From contig CM035359.1 of the NCBI GenBank assembly GCA_020137815.1, forward strand, positions 3,100,001-3,164,000: 64,000 bases of DNA, read 5' to 3'. This DNA is from Hormiphora californensis. Its lineage: Eukaryota > Animalia > Ctenophora. Shown in pieces: positions 36,401-48,370 of the stretch. The notes below the pieces were generated by a model. That model saw only the letters and a program-made list of their open reading frames with translations, was not told where the DNA came from and made no database searches. Every line of letters starts with the position of its first letter. Within the stretch, counting starts at the first letter, position 1. Position numbers and translations under genes: made by a program.

Positions 36401-38114
36401 GGCGTCCGTGAAAATGCGGGGGGGGGGCCCGCGTGAATTTAATATCCATGTCCTAAATAAACACGTCTGACTTTAATGTCCCTGGGACATTTAAGGACAT
36501 TAAAAGACATTAAAAGACATTAAAGGACATTTAATTAAAACATGAATTTTTAGCTATTATTAAACTAAAATGGTGTTTTCAACCACTTAATATTTACTTC
36601 TAATGTCCCCTCTATCGATTCCAACCAATACCATAGATGTTTGGGGTGATTAAGCCTCATTTTAGGGTGGCCCTGTACCTCTAAGCGAACCCCGGAAATT
36701 TTGAAGTTTTGGACTAAATGTCAAGGTTTTAAAGTGAAAATAGCCCCGATTTTGATGAAACTCAGTCAGAATGGTCTTTGATGTCTAATTAGAAGTCAAA
36801 AAATTTTTGAGTGCTCAAATCCTAAATTTAGGTTTTTTTAGGTTTTTTTTATAGGTTTTTTGGCTTTTATGGGTTTCAGGAACGTCCTAGAACAAAATAA
36901 ATAGAATCATCTTTCTCGGCGTGAAATTCTGCATCGATCATAGTGGCTAAACCTTTCTATGACGTAGTTATCCCAAAAAACCAAACGGGTATGCTTCATG
37001 TGGTAAGGTTTTTTAGGTTTTATTCGTTACACAGACATCGCAGATCAAAATGGTTTCACTAAAATGATTTCCTCACCAATACACGTCGATTGAGTACCTA
37101 TAACACGTGTTCTGACAAGAGGTTCGCCCGTTAGCCTAAAACATGTACCCGCCCCTATAACATGTACCCGTTTGGGATAACTCTACGTCATAGAAAGGTT
37201 TATAGCCACTAAAATCGATACAGAATTTCACGCTGAGAAAGATGGTTCTATTCATTTTGTTCTAGGACGTTCCTGAAACCCATAAAAACTAAAAAACCTA
37301 AAAAACCTAAAAATCGTAAATTTAGGAGTTGAGCACTATTTTTTGACACCAAACACTATTCTGACCAAGTTTCATCAAAATCGGGGCTGTTCTCTCTCAC
37401 TCTAAAGCCTTCGGTGTCTTTTCTACTCGTTTCATAAGATGATTTTGAGATATCGTCTAGGCTAGAAATATGCATGTATGTAAAAAAGGTACCGCACCCA
37501 CACCCCACGCAAAAGCAAGCCTAATCACCAGTGAACATTTATGACATTCATTGGAATCGAACGATGGGACCTTTAGTAGTACATTGGTGGTAAACATGTT
37601 TGGTAACACATTTTGGAATGGTTTTTGGAAGTTATAATTTAATGTCTTTTAATGTCTTATAATGTCCTTTAATGTCTTTTAATGTCCTAAATAAACACGG
37701 ACAATTTAATGTCCCAAAAATCGAGGGACATTAAAGGACATTTTAATACGCGGGCCCCCCCCCGAAAATGCTAAAATCAACTCCACTTATACCTGACGGA
37801 GCACGTCATTGCGGTAAAAAATAATTGCAAGCCTGCTGCCCGAGGCTCCTTCCCTGTCGCAGGCACTCTCAGAGCATCGGCCTGACAGGAGCACGCGAGA
37901 ACTGTGGTCAGAGCATTGGCCTGACAGGAGCACTCGAGAACTGTGGTCAGACAGGTCAGGCTCTGCACTCACCTGGTGTAGGTCCGGGCGTATCAGCAAG
38001 CCAGGTATTTCCATTCTGTTTCATCACACAAATCTCCCCGGTGGACCCTCGGAGTTTTCGGACAACCACCGGAGATGAGGGCCCGCGGTGGGGCACTGAG
38101 AAGGTACGGCGCAT
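33470..38114 (-). CDS. ~246-aa coiled-coil protein resembling the phospholipase C-beta distal C-terminal domain; exon 2 interrupted by a transposon
   Basis: Exons 38114-37973, 37792-37764 + 36409-36317 (split by the element), 36026-35892, 35303-35211, 35087-35059, 34924-34792, 33556-33470 (TAG). Segments TDATLKKHKEWKKLTVQQEKKAQEIRERHDK and KETYLRSTLRE...RRERLLVEHKE resemble PLC-beta CTD helices as recalled. Start codon and one acceptor are uncertain. Confidence 0.65.
36418..37763. mobile_element. Poly-G-capped non-autonomous DNA transposon with GACATTAAAA 10-mers, inserted in a coding exon
   Basis: Ends G10-CCCGCGT / ACGCGGG-C9; 8-bp TSD GAAAATGC (36410-36417, 37764-37771); internal inverted arms ~36740-37390. 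Confidence 0.9.
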
Positions 38115-38611
38115 GTGAATTCTCTAGAAACTTATCACTAACTAGCTCTCCGAATCTCTAGATATCGCTACACTAAACGAAACTGCAGTTAATGTTACAA
38201 TTAATGCCAGAAGCTCGAAGACTAGAACGTGGCACCTACTCAGAATAAGATTTGGATCCATTTACAGTGTCGTAGTGAGAATCTCAGCAGTGATATCAGC
38301 ACAATACGCAGTTACTAGGAGTCTGTGTCACGGCCGTGAGATAAGGCTCTTCGACGAAACTTTACGCACTCTTAGTAAAAGCGCTCTCTTTAGACCTTAG
38401 GCCTTTTAATTGATCTAGCTTTTTTGATCTGTTTTTTTTTGACTTTTTTACCTAAGATGTAAAAAAGCCAAACCGGTCCCGAAATCCGGGATTGATCTGG
38501 CTTTTTTGGCCTTGGGCCCCCACCCCCCCCCCCATAATATAAAGCGAGGTTTTAGATAATGTTCGTCGACACCCCTGCCAAGAAAAATTTTCCATCCGTA
38601 ACTCTTAGTCT

Positions 38612-39195
38612 GGGGGGGGGTCCAGCCCTAAAAAAAGCTAAAGGTACCCTGATTTTGGTCGATAGCGTTTTTTATTTTAGCTTTTTTTAGCTTTTTTTAG
38701 CTTTTTTTAGCTTTTTTTAGCCCTACTTTTTATGTTTTTTCAGCATTCATCTTGACACTTTTCCATTAAATTTTCATCCTTCCGGACGTCTATTGACTGC
38801 ATTTGTTCATTTCCTGCACATTTTTTACCATAATCTACCGTTTATGTCCATACATAGCAATTTCTGTATCCACCCCTACTGCCATTTTCTGGAGACATTT
38901 TTTCGATAAAAATATTATTCAAATTTGATAAAAATAGTTTTAAAAAAGTTCAAAAAACCTTATAAAACGTTATAATAAAAGTTTAAAAAATTTGGCGTCA
39001 GCGGGATTCGAACCTATATGAATCCACTAAAAACTCAATTTTAGCTTTTTTTTAGCTTTTTTTTAGCTTTTTTTAGCCTTAAAAAAGCTAAAAAAAGCTA
39101 AAAAAAGCTAAAAAAAGCTAAAAAAAGCTAAAAAAAGCTAAAGGTACCCTGATTTTGGCCGTTAGCTTAGCTTTTTTTAGGGCTGGACCCCCCCC
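38612..39195. mobile_element. Poly-G-capped MITE with AAAAAAGCTA 10-mers
   Basis: TIR G(n)TCCAGCCCTAAAAAAAGCTAA / TTAGCTTTTTTTAGGGCTGGAC(n); flanking repeat TAGTCT (CTTAGTCT/CCTAGTCT, 7 of 8); lies inside an older inverted repeat ~38346-39246. Confidence 0.85.
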
Positions 39196-39902
39196 TAGTC
39201 TTAAGAGAGCGTTTTTCTTAGCGTTTGTAAAGTTTCATCGAAAAGCCCCAGATTGCTCAATCTAAACGGTTTAGTAAACCGGCGATGGTGGTAAATAAGT
39301 AGTTAATCCGCTTGTTCAGATGATCCCAGAAAAATACTGCAGTACAAATAAAGAGGGCGAAGCTTCTAAAGCAAGGGTGGAGAGATGCACACCTAACTCG
39401 CCCATTATACCCAATAGAGACCGCTGTGTGCAGTGTTTGCTTATGGTTGCGACTTGCGTCAGGGATTGCGGTGGCAATATGGTATACATAGAGCACACGC
39501 AATTAGCGGTAGATCGCTGCAGCATGCTTCTAGTTTCTAAAGCTCTGTAGGGTTCCAAACCCGACACTCCCAGAAGAAGAAGATGCTTCTGAATTAGCGA
39601 ATTGGATGCCAAAGCTAGAAAAGTAGGAATCGGACAAAGATAATTCCCATTTTATCATCGAATTCCAGTCTCACTGAAACTATGATTGATTTGTTTTCCT
39701 GTCGAGTATAATGGCAAAAACTTTTGGAAAATGATGTTTATTTTCCTGATATACATATTTCAATATAATTCAGTTTCCATAATATCAACAATAATAAAAC
39801 AGTCCCCTTACGATCCGTTTACAAAATATATACGTCAAAGATTGCACCTAATAGTCCATTTAGTTAGTATATTACGTTAGTCACACTGCACGTGTACATA
39901 TT

Positions 39903-41266
39903 CTAACTCCTGAAGATCTCCATGGGGTTGACGCCCACCTGGTTTCGCTCCTGGAGGATTCCACAGAGAGGGATGAAGCATGAGATAAGGAAGGAAACAA
40001 CGAAACTCTCGTCAATACCATTCTTCTTGGCAACCTTTTGTCGGACTTGGGCCCTGGGAAGAGAGGGTGTGGTTAGCATGGCTGGAGGAGGGAAGAGAGG
40101 GTGTGGTTAGCAGCTGGGGGAGTGGTTAGCAGCTAGGGGAGAGAGGGTAGTTAGCAGCTGGAGGGAGTGGTTAGCAGCTGGGGGAGGTGGTTAGCAGCCG
40201 GGGGAAGAGAGGGTGGTTAGCAGCTGGAGGGAGTGGTTAGCAGCTGGGGGAGGTGGTTAGCAGCCGGGGGAAGAGAGGGTGGTTAGCAGCTGGGGGGAAG
40301 AGAGGGTGGTTAGCAGCTGGGGGGGGGGGAGAGGGTGGTTTATAGCAGCTGGGGGAGAGAGGGTAGTTAGCAGCTGGAGGGTGTGGTTAGCAGCTGGGAG
40401 AGGGTGGTTAGCAGCTGGGGGAAGAGAGGGTGGTTAGCACTATAAGCAGCTGGGGGAGGGAAGAGAGGACGTGGTTAGCAGCTGGAGGGGACATGGTTAG
40501 AGGGTGAATGTCAATCAGAACATAAAAGGACGTAGCGGTTATAGTTGGAATCAATTTAATATAGGATTCTGGAGAATGGGGAAGCACGATGAATAAGAAT
40601 TATGATTTAGCTCTACAAGTTTCATCTCTCAACTTAGTTATAAATTCTAACAATATTCATTTTTCTATCTCTCTCTCTCTCTCTAGTAAAAGTAACGATC
40701 TCACTAAGGTGTCTGTTACCTGAAGTATCCGTAGACGATAGGACAAACTGACAGGATTCCATACATCAAACAGTTCATGCCAACAGACTCGGCAACCTTT
40801 CCACTAGTAACACAGGGTAGGAAGTACGTGACGACACCTAGTGAACATTAGATATATAATAGTTTAGTTTTAGAAAAGGAAGTTGATCACCGCATCGAGA
40901 TGTTGTGGAATAATACGGGAATAATTATACACACTGTTAGAGCATTTGCCCCGGGCCCCCGGAACGCACGAGAACAGTGGTCAGAGTATTGACACTGACA
41001 CCTGACATCATATATACATGATATATATCATGCTGAAGCTGTCAGAGCATTGGCCTGACCCATTCTCACGCGAGAACTGTGGTCAGAGCATTGGCCTGAC
41101 AGTGCTGAAGTGCACAAGAACCACTTTTCTTGGGCACCCAAGGAGAGTGGCCAGTTACCACGCTGCAATGATCAATAGGTCCATGTGCAGGTGTTCATGT
41201 GTTTTACTTACATGCACCGATGTCGTCGAAACATCCCCAAAGTGGTAGCTTCCAGTCATCACCCAT
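39903..41266 (-). CDS. PLAC8/cornifelin-family cysteine-rich protein, 107 aa
   Basis: Exons 41266-41212, 40837-40720, 40053-39903, phase-consistent: MGDDWKLPLWGCFDDIGACVVTYFLPCVTSGKVAESVGMNCLMYG...RAQVRQKVAKKNGIDESFVVSFLISCFIPLCGILQERNQV. Confidence 0.88.
40058..40502. repeat. G-rich minisatellite (GGGTGGTTAGCAGCTGGGGGAAGAGA-like) in PLAC8-like intron 2
   Basis: About 18 variable 21-30-bp units with core GGTTAGCAGCTG. Confidence 0.9.
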
Positions 41267-41729
41267 TATTTATTGTTTGAGCTATAAAAGAGTGGGTTTT
41301 ATTTGGTGGTTAAGTCGATGAAATTGGACACATTCAAAGGTTGAGTTAGCATTGTGCACGCTCTGTGAGGGTTCGGTAGATCAAAGTTGGCATTAATTGA
41401 TTAAGCTATTTGTTGTGAAGGCATTCATAGTGAACGAAGGATCCCGTATTATGAGTCAAAGAAGAATCATGAAACGGCTATAGAACCCTATGAAGACTTG
41501 TTGAATCAATGTATGATTTTTTAAAAAAGACTAGGGTTAGAACTTGATATTTGGGACACAACAATTTAGTTCTACTGCCGGATAGAAATGGTATACAAGT
41601 GGAAGTGTCGTGAAAGTGAGGGCTCTCTTATACGTGATATCATCACGCTACCATTGTTATCTCTATCTCCCTCCCAAGATAAACACCCACAGAAATAACA
41701 ATGATGTTTGCGTAACTATCTTTCTTGTG

Positions 41730-41813
<84 letters not shown>

Positions 41814-42011
41814 GTCTGTCTGTTCTCTCACTCTCTCTTTCTCTCTTTCTCTCTCAGTCTCCCTCTCTCTCAGTCTCTCTCTCTTTCTCTCTCTGTCTGT
41901 CTGTTTCTCGGATCTCCAATCACCTCACTCTTTCTCTCACACTTGAGACCGGATGTAATATAGCCTAGTTTGTTTAACTCACTACCACTCTACAAAGGCT
42001 AACGACTTACG

Positions 42012-44140
42012 TCAACTTCGAGAGAGACTCAAGCCTCGGATATTTTGATAGATATTGTCACTGTCAAAGCATTGGCCTGACAGTACGGGCAAGGTAAACA
42101 TCGTTATAATTGGGGGAGGGGGGTAAGGCCAAAAAAGCCAAACCCGCCATGAAATCCAGGATTGATCTGGCTTTTTTGATCTGACTTTTTTTGATCTGGA
42201 TTTTTTATCTTGCTTTTTTGGCCTTTTTTCCAAAAATTTCTGGCTTTTTTGATCTGGTTTTTTGGCCCCCCCCCCCCCCCCCCCGATAATTTCTGGCTTT
42301 TTTATCGCAATCAAAAAAAGCCAAAAAATAACCAGATCAAAAAAAGCCAAAAAAGCCAGATATCGAAGATTAGAAAATGACAAATTCAAAATTATTATTG
42401 GTCAAAATAACCTAAAAAAGTAGAGTCAAAAAGCCAAAAAAGCCAAACCCACCCTAAAATCCGGGATTGATCTGGCTTTTCTTGACTTTGCCCCCCCCCC
42501 CCCCATTAGGAGAGATATACTCATCTTCTTCAGTTCCCTGCCAGTGCTGATTTCCAAATATTTCAACGTATGAAAACGATCTTGTAGTTGGACTTTCTAA
42601 CAAACTATGGGTTTGGTCACACGGCGATGCGTGAAGGGTGAGGTCGGAGGCCACTTTCAATACTCTTTTACTTGCCTTTCTCAATCCTGTTTCCCGCGTA
42701 AAGGAGGGTTAGAACATAACAACCTTTAAATTAACCCATTCCTGCCAAGAATTCGAATTTTGGCCGTCAATACAGCATTTTCAGGTGGTAACTGGTATGT
42801 GCGAAATTCAAAAACTACTACCCATTTTGATTGAGAATAAAACTGACAAGACACGAATATCAATAATTGCTAAACTGACTCTTTAAACTGACAACTTTTC
42901 TGTCAATATTTCTGACATCCCGGAACGAATAATCCGATGATCATTCCCTGTTCATTATAATCATGATAATATAAATCATGATTTCAATAAAATGACAGTA
43001 TTAAAATCACTCTTCTTTCTTCCCATCCTCCGCATCTGCTACCTTCTTCTCGTATTTCTCACCAGTAAATGGGTCCAATCCCGTAACTGTCATGGGGGAA
43101 AGAAGAATGGGATCAAAGGGAGTATAACAGAAACTAAACACCAAACTAAACAACCAATAAGAAATCGTTATTTAGGTCACGTGACTGGTTATCAGCCAAT
43201 CAGAGACCAGTATTTCCTGATTCGGTCGGTTCCTGAACAGAAACTACACACCACCTGTTCTCAGCTTCTCCAAAAACCTCGCCAGAAATTTGGCTTGAGA
43301 AACTAAACAGTTTGTAATGGGATACTCAGGAACCGACCGAATCAGGAAATACTGGTCCTGAAGGTATCTGCTAGCAGCTACACAGATATCCAAGTCTCCC
43401 TCACTCCCACCTCCACCCCACCCCACCCTACCCCACCCACCCCACGCCACCCCACCCCTAAACTCACTGTCCCTCAGTTTCATCTGCTAGCAGCTACACA
43501 ATTATCCAAGTCTCCCTCACTCCCACCTCCACCCCACCCGGCACCCCACCCCACCACCCCACCCCACGCCTAAACTCACTGTCCCTCAGTTTCATCTGTC
43601 CGTGAAGGTATCTGGTAGCAGCTACACAGATATCCAAGTCTCCCTCACTCCCACCTCCACCTCCACCCCACCCCAACCCTAAACTCACTGTCCCTCAGTT
43701 TCATCTGTCCGTGAAGGTATCTGGTAGCAGCCACACAAATATCTTGGCTTCCATCTGCGCTACTTTTAATTACCTGCAGTAAAGAATGAACTTTAAAATT
43801 ATTAGATTGGGTGGGGTGTCTGCAGTTGCCCACGTACAGATATGTACAACTGTAACCAAGCGCCAAGCGGTTACCAGGTAACTAAGGGGTTACCTGACAA
43901 CGGTTTAGTTTGTCAGACTAATTAAGTGCCCTTCTTCCCATGTCCATTTCAAGACAAAGAGCACTGCCCGACTAATTTTGGAAATTCTTAGAAATAAATC
44001 TATCTAGGCAGTAGAACTTGTAGTTAAAGTGTCAGAGACTCTGTATGTCTGAAAGATTTTACCTCTTTTCCAATTTCGTTGAGCAGCCTATGGAATCCTT
44101 TTGGGACACAAAAGCTTTCGTCCGCGAAAGTAAGTGACAT
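42012..44140 (-). CDS. SPA17-like RIIa dimerization/docking-domain protein
   Basis: Exons 44140-44063, 43773-43689, 43086-43007 (TGA) give MSLTFADESFCVPKGFHRLLNEIGKEVIKSSADGSQDICVAATRYLHGQMKLRDITGLDPFTG..., which aligns with the SPA17 N-terminus as recalled (MSIPF...IPQGF..LLE.L.RE.L...DP). A longer in-phase form via 42686-42521 and 42060-42012 is possible. Confidence 0.72.
42112..42504. mobile_element. Degenerate poly-G-capped MITE with AAAAAAGCCA / GATCTGGCTT motifs
   Basis: G-run + TAAGGCCAAAAAAGCCA at left, TGGCTTTTCTTGACTTTG + C-run at right; related fragment at ~38410-38533; TSD not clear. Confidence 0.6.
43359..43688. repeat. ~105-125-bp tandem duplications of the SPA17-like exon-2 end and donor
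   Basis: Repeated GCAGCTACACAGATATCCAAGTCTCCCTCACTCCCACC...CCTAAACTCACTGTCCCTCAGTTTCATCTG units. Confidence 0.85.
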
Positions 44141-44189
44141 TTTTTTGCTGAAAGTAACAAAGCTGAAGATTTTTAATTATATAAAGATT

Positions 44190-44389
44190 AAGCCAAAAAC
44201 TAATTGAATTAGTTGGCGGGAAAGGTGGCCCACTTACACCTTTTGCTACTGCCGGGTATCACCACGAACTCTCATTCACTCTCTCCCTCCAGCTCGGTAT
44301 CTCAATCCCTTATTTTTCAAGGGTAACTTATTCCTGTTCGTTCTATTCCTCTCTCCTCTCTGTCTCTCTCTGTCCCTCTCTCTCTCTCT

Positions 44390-44449
<60 letters not shown>

Positions 44450-44588
44450 TCTCTCTCACTCTATCACTCTTTCACTCTTTCACTGTCTCATTCCATTGTA
44501 TTCACCTCTTATATCCCTGATCCCGGCAGCAGGCAAAGGTGTAAGTGGGCCACCTTTCCCGCCAACTAATTCAATTAGTTTTTGGCTT
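44190..44588. mobile_element. MITE with ~70-bp TIRs and central (CT)n, just upstream of the SPA17-like ATG
   Basis: AAGCCAAAAACTAATTGAATTAGTTGGCGGGAAAGGTGGCCCACTTACACC pairs with GGTGTAAGTGGGCCACCTTTCCCGCCAACTAATTCAATTAGTTTTTGGCTT. Confidence 0.75.
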
Positions 44589-45818
44589 CATTTAGGTCCC
44601 TTTTTGGTTTTTAATCGCAGCAAGACATTATTTCATAATAATATTGTCGAAATACTGCGATATATGAGAAACGAGACGAATTTATGTGAAAATCGTATTT
44701 TAGACGTCATTATGACGTCATTTGACGTAATTAGTGACGTCGTAACGACGTAATTGCATCACGATATATTTTGAATAAATACCCCAAAGGAGCTTGTAAA
44801 GTTTCATTGACCACAGTGGTCAGGAAAGGGAGTTTTTGCTAGAAAAACGTTCAATTTGCTGAATTTTTCGTCAAATTTTTGACTTCCGACGCGATTTAAG
44901 GGCTCAAAATGATCAGCTACGAAAATTCGCAATATAGTATCTGAAAGTTTAGACAATTTGCCGGTAACGATTTTTTGTCAAATCAGAAATCGGAACACGT
45001 CTTCAGGGTGCTAAAGGCGTTTGAAAAAAGTTAGTCGGTCTCGCGCAATGACGTCACTCGTGACGTCATTGCGCGCGTCATAGGCAAGATGGAGAGTCGC
45101 CACCGGAATGGGTACATGCACGAGACAATTGTCTGTCGAATGCCGCTTGATTTAAGGTCGTACGATGTCTGGTTCGTCTTAAACTGGGACCAAACGGAAG
45201 GTAACAAAGCGTCTATACATGTATATATGTATGTATATATCAACCTAGTTATCCCCACACTGAATTTTCTGTTTTGGGGGTGGTGTTATAACTTTTGAAC
45301 AAAAAGAGCTAGCCACTTGAAATTTTTACCATCGATAGAGGTCTACAAGAAGCTTCTAATTACAAAATTTCAGCTTCCTAGCTCTTCCGGTTCGGGAGTT
45401 ATGGCATGTCAAAAAGTGCCAAAATGGGCTAAAAGTATGAAATAACTATATATACGCTGTGAGCAAGCGGGCCGTTTTTTGGGGGAATTTTTTTCGGGGG
45501 GTTGGATGGGGCCACCTTTGCGCTTGCCAGCGCAGTGACACCTCAAGTTTATTTGAAACCATATTTTATAGTTCTCAATCGCATGCCGCATGGCAAATAA
45601 GTACATATATATCACACAAACCAGTTCTAGACAAGACACAATATTGTATCGATTTATCAAATGAGAATTTCTATAAGTATATGCACTTGAACGCTGTGCA
45701 GCAACGTGGTCATCTGGTCGCCACTCGAGGTTGGAAAACTTTTATCGTTGCATGTGAAGATTTAGAGTGTGAGCGCAGACTGGACTGGTGTGATTGTGGT
45801 TTTTTAAAAGATACAACG

Positions 45819-45920
<102 letters not shown>

Positions 45921-47233
45921 ATTGATAGAATGGTAATTTGTTAATAGTAGAACATGATCTACAAAGCGAATCCATGCACTACAAGAAGGAGAGTCATGAG
46001 AGATAGACTTAGAGAGAAAAGACGGCGGGAGACAGCAAATGAGGAAAATATCAGATTCAGAGAGAAAACCTTTGAGTTTATAAATTTGGGTAGAAATATG
46101 GATGAGGGTACTGACGTTATTGTCGTATGAGAAGGATGCATGTTACCTATATCGGCTTCAAGATAATTATATTTCGGTTAAAATGGACACTTACTGGAGT
46201 GGGAAATTTGAAGTTTAAGTACTGAATGCTTGACAGAACTTTGTTTTACATCATAATTCATAGCGAAGATACCGCATGTCCACAATGATTGTAACTCATT
46301 ATTGATGTGAATAATGGTGCGTATTCTTAAATTTTGAAGTTGCTTCTTTCTTAATGAATCATACACCATTCGATTCGTCTTGGTTCACACGTCACGGGGA
46401 TATGCGTATTTTCATTCTACTATGTACCGTTCGCGAATTATCGCTAATTATTTAATTGGGCTATTTTTAGTAACAAATTAGGACGCGCAAAACAAAGCCG
46501 GGCATGGAGCCGATCGCGCGGCGCTACTGCTGCGCGCAGCTCCAAAACGGTCCTACAAAGGTCGACTGTTTGCGGAGTAGACTGAATGCGCTGTCAGCGA
46601 CATAGCAACGGGTGTTATACATCTCTCTCCCGCTGATTGGCAAGCTTGAGCTTGTGAGCTGTCCCGGCCCCACCTCTCACATCACACATGCGGATGGTTG
46701 TAATTAGGTAATGGATAGTATTAGTACTGCTTACATGATCTCGATCACCGATCACGTGTCCTTGTTAACATGCGATCCAACTTTTGTTTCTCAAGCTGCA
46801 GATGGTATTGGTACAACGAGATCCATATTTTGTGATGACACATTGGGTTCAAACACTCCCCATAATGCATTGACCTGTTATGCCGTGCTGTTGAGTTGTT
46901 GGTTTGTTAGTAAAGCGGCCATGTGGTCATGATTGAACGGATGAGAGAGTTTGATAGTATCTTTACACCCCAAACTATATAGAAAGAGAGGGATGATAGA
47001 AGAATCCACCCCTTCAGTACCTGTATGACCCTCATCCTAGAAAGAAAGAGAGAAGGACAGAGATTAAGAGGGGAGAAGAATCTACCCCAGCCCCCTTCAG
47101 TACCATTGGCATTATAAATCTCACACTGGAAACCGTGGCTTATACATGGTCATGATACTTTATACATGGTGTGTAACAGGGATTGACAAACTTTAGCACG
47201 GACATGATCGGTGATCCTCTCACTCTCTCTCTA

Positions 47234-47332
<99 letters not shown>

Positions 47333-47908
47333 TTCTCTGCTGTAACAGCTGTGAGACACGAGAGTGTGGGTGGTGGGATGGAAGAGACAGGGAGATGTAG
47401 GGAGGGAAAGGTGGGTTATGGAAAAGAGAGGGATGTGACTCCCATCATGGAAGAGATCATCCCCTTTCCTCCAACAGACATGATGTCTACACCCCCTCTC
47501 TCTCAGTGTGTGTAGAAGAGAGTGGGAGAGAGGGGGTGACACACTCTATCTCCCTCTTACTTTCTCTTCCTATTTCTTTCTTGTACACAGTACACAAAAA
47601 CCACTAGACACGGTGAGGTATGAATCAAGTCATCATATGGTCCCTGTGTGGGTTGTGCAGAAAAAGATGGAGATACAAGGAAAAGGAAGGGGAAAATAAA
47701 CATTTAAAACACCATCTCACTCTCTACCTCCTTGTCAATGTGTAGTGTAGATACATTCTGCACACGTGACACAATGTACGCAAATGTTAAATCCTTTTCC
47801 CCTATCTCTTCAACATTTGTTCTCTCTCTCTCTCTCTCTCTCTCTCCTCTCTCTCACTCTCTCCTCTCTCACTCTCTCTCTCTCACTCTCTCTCTCTCTC
47901 TCTCTCTC

Positions 47909-47958
<50 letters not shown>

Positions 47959-48370
47959 TCTCTCTCTCTCTCGTCTCTCGTCTCTCTCTCTCTCTCTCAT
48001 CTCTCTTCTCTCCTTCTCTTGTCCTCTCTATCGTCTCTCATGACTCTCTCGTCTCTCTTCTCCTCCTCGTCTCTCTCTCTCTTCTCTCCCCTCTCTCTTC
48101 TCGCTCTCATCGCTCCCTCTCAGGTTCTCTCTCTCCCATACTATACTCCTCGCTCTCGGACTCGGGTTCTCTCGTCTCTTCTGTGCTGCGTTCTATTCTG
48201 ATTAACCTCATCTGGTCTCATACGTCGATTTCGTAGCTCAGGTCAGGTTCTTTCGTCTCCTCTCGCTCTTCTCTCTCTGCTGTCTCAGTCTGTTTCTTCT
48301 CTCTCTGTCTCTCTCCCCACGTCGAGTGGGCCATTTGCAACTAACGCATTCTGAGTGTCTTCTCTCTAGC

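Noticed and set aside
39257-39612. Overlapping ORFs, possible retroelement relic or upstream exon
   Set aside because: No diagnostic motif and no convincing in-phase splice to the neighbouring gene.
44600-45790. Possible Helentron/DINE-like element
   Set aside because: Composition is repeat-like, but I could not define sub-terminal inverted repeats or ends.
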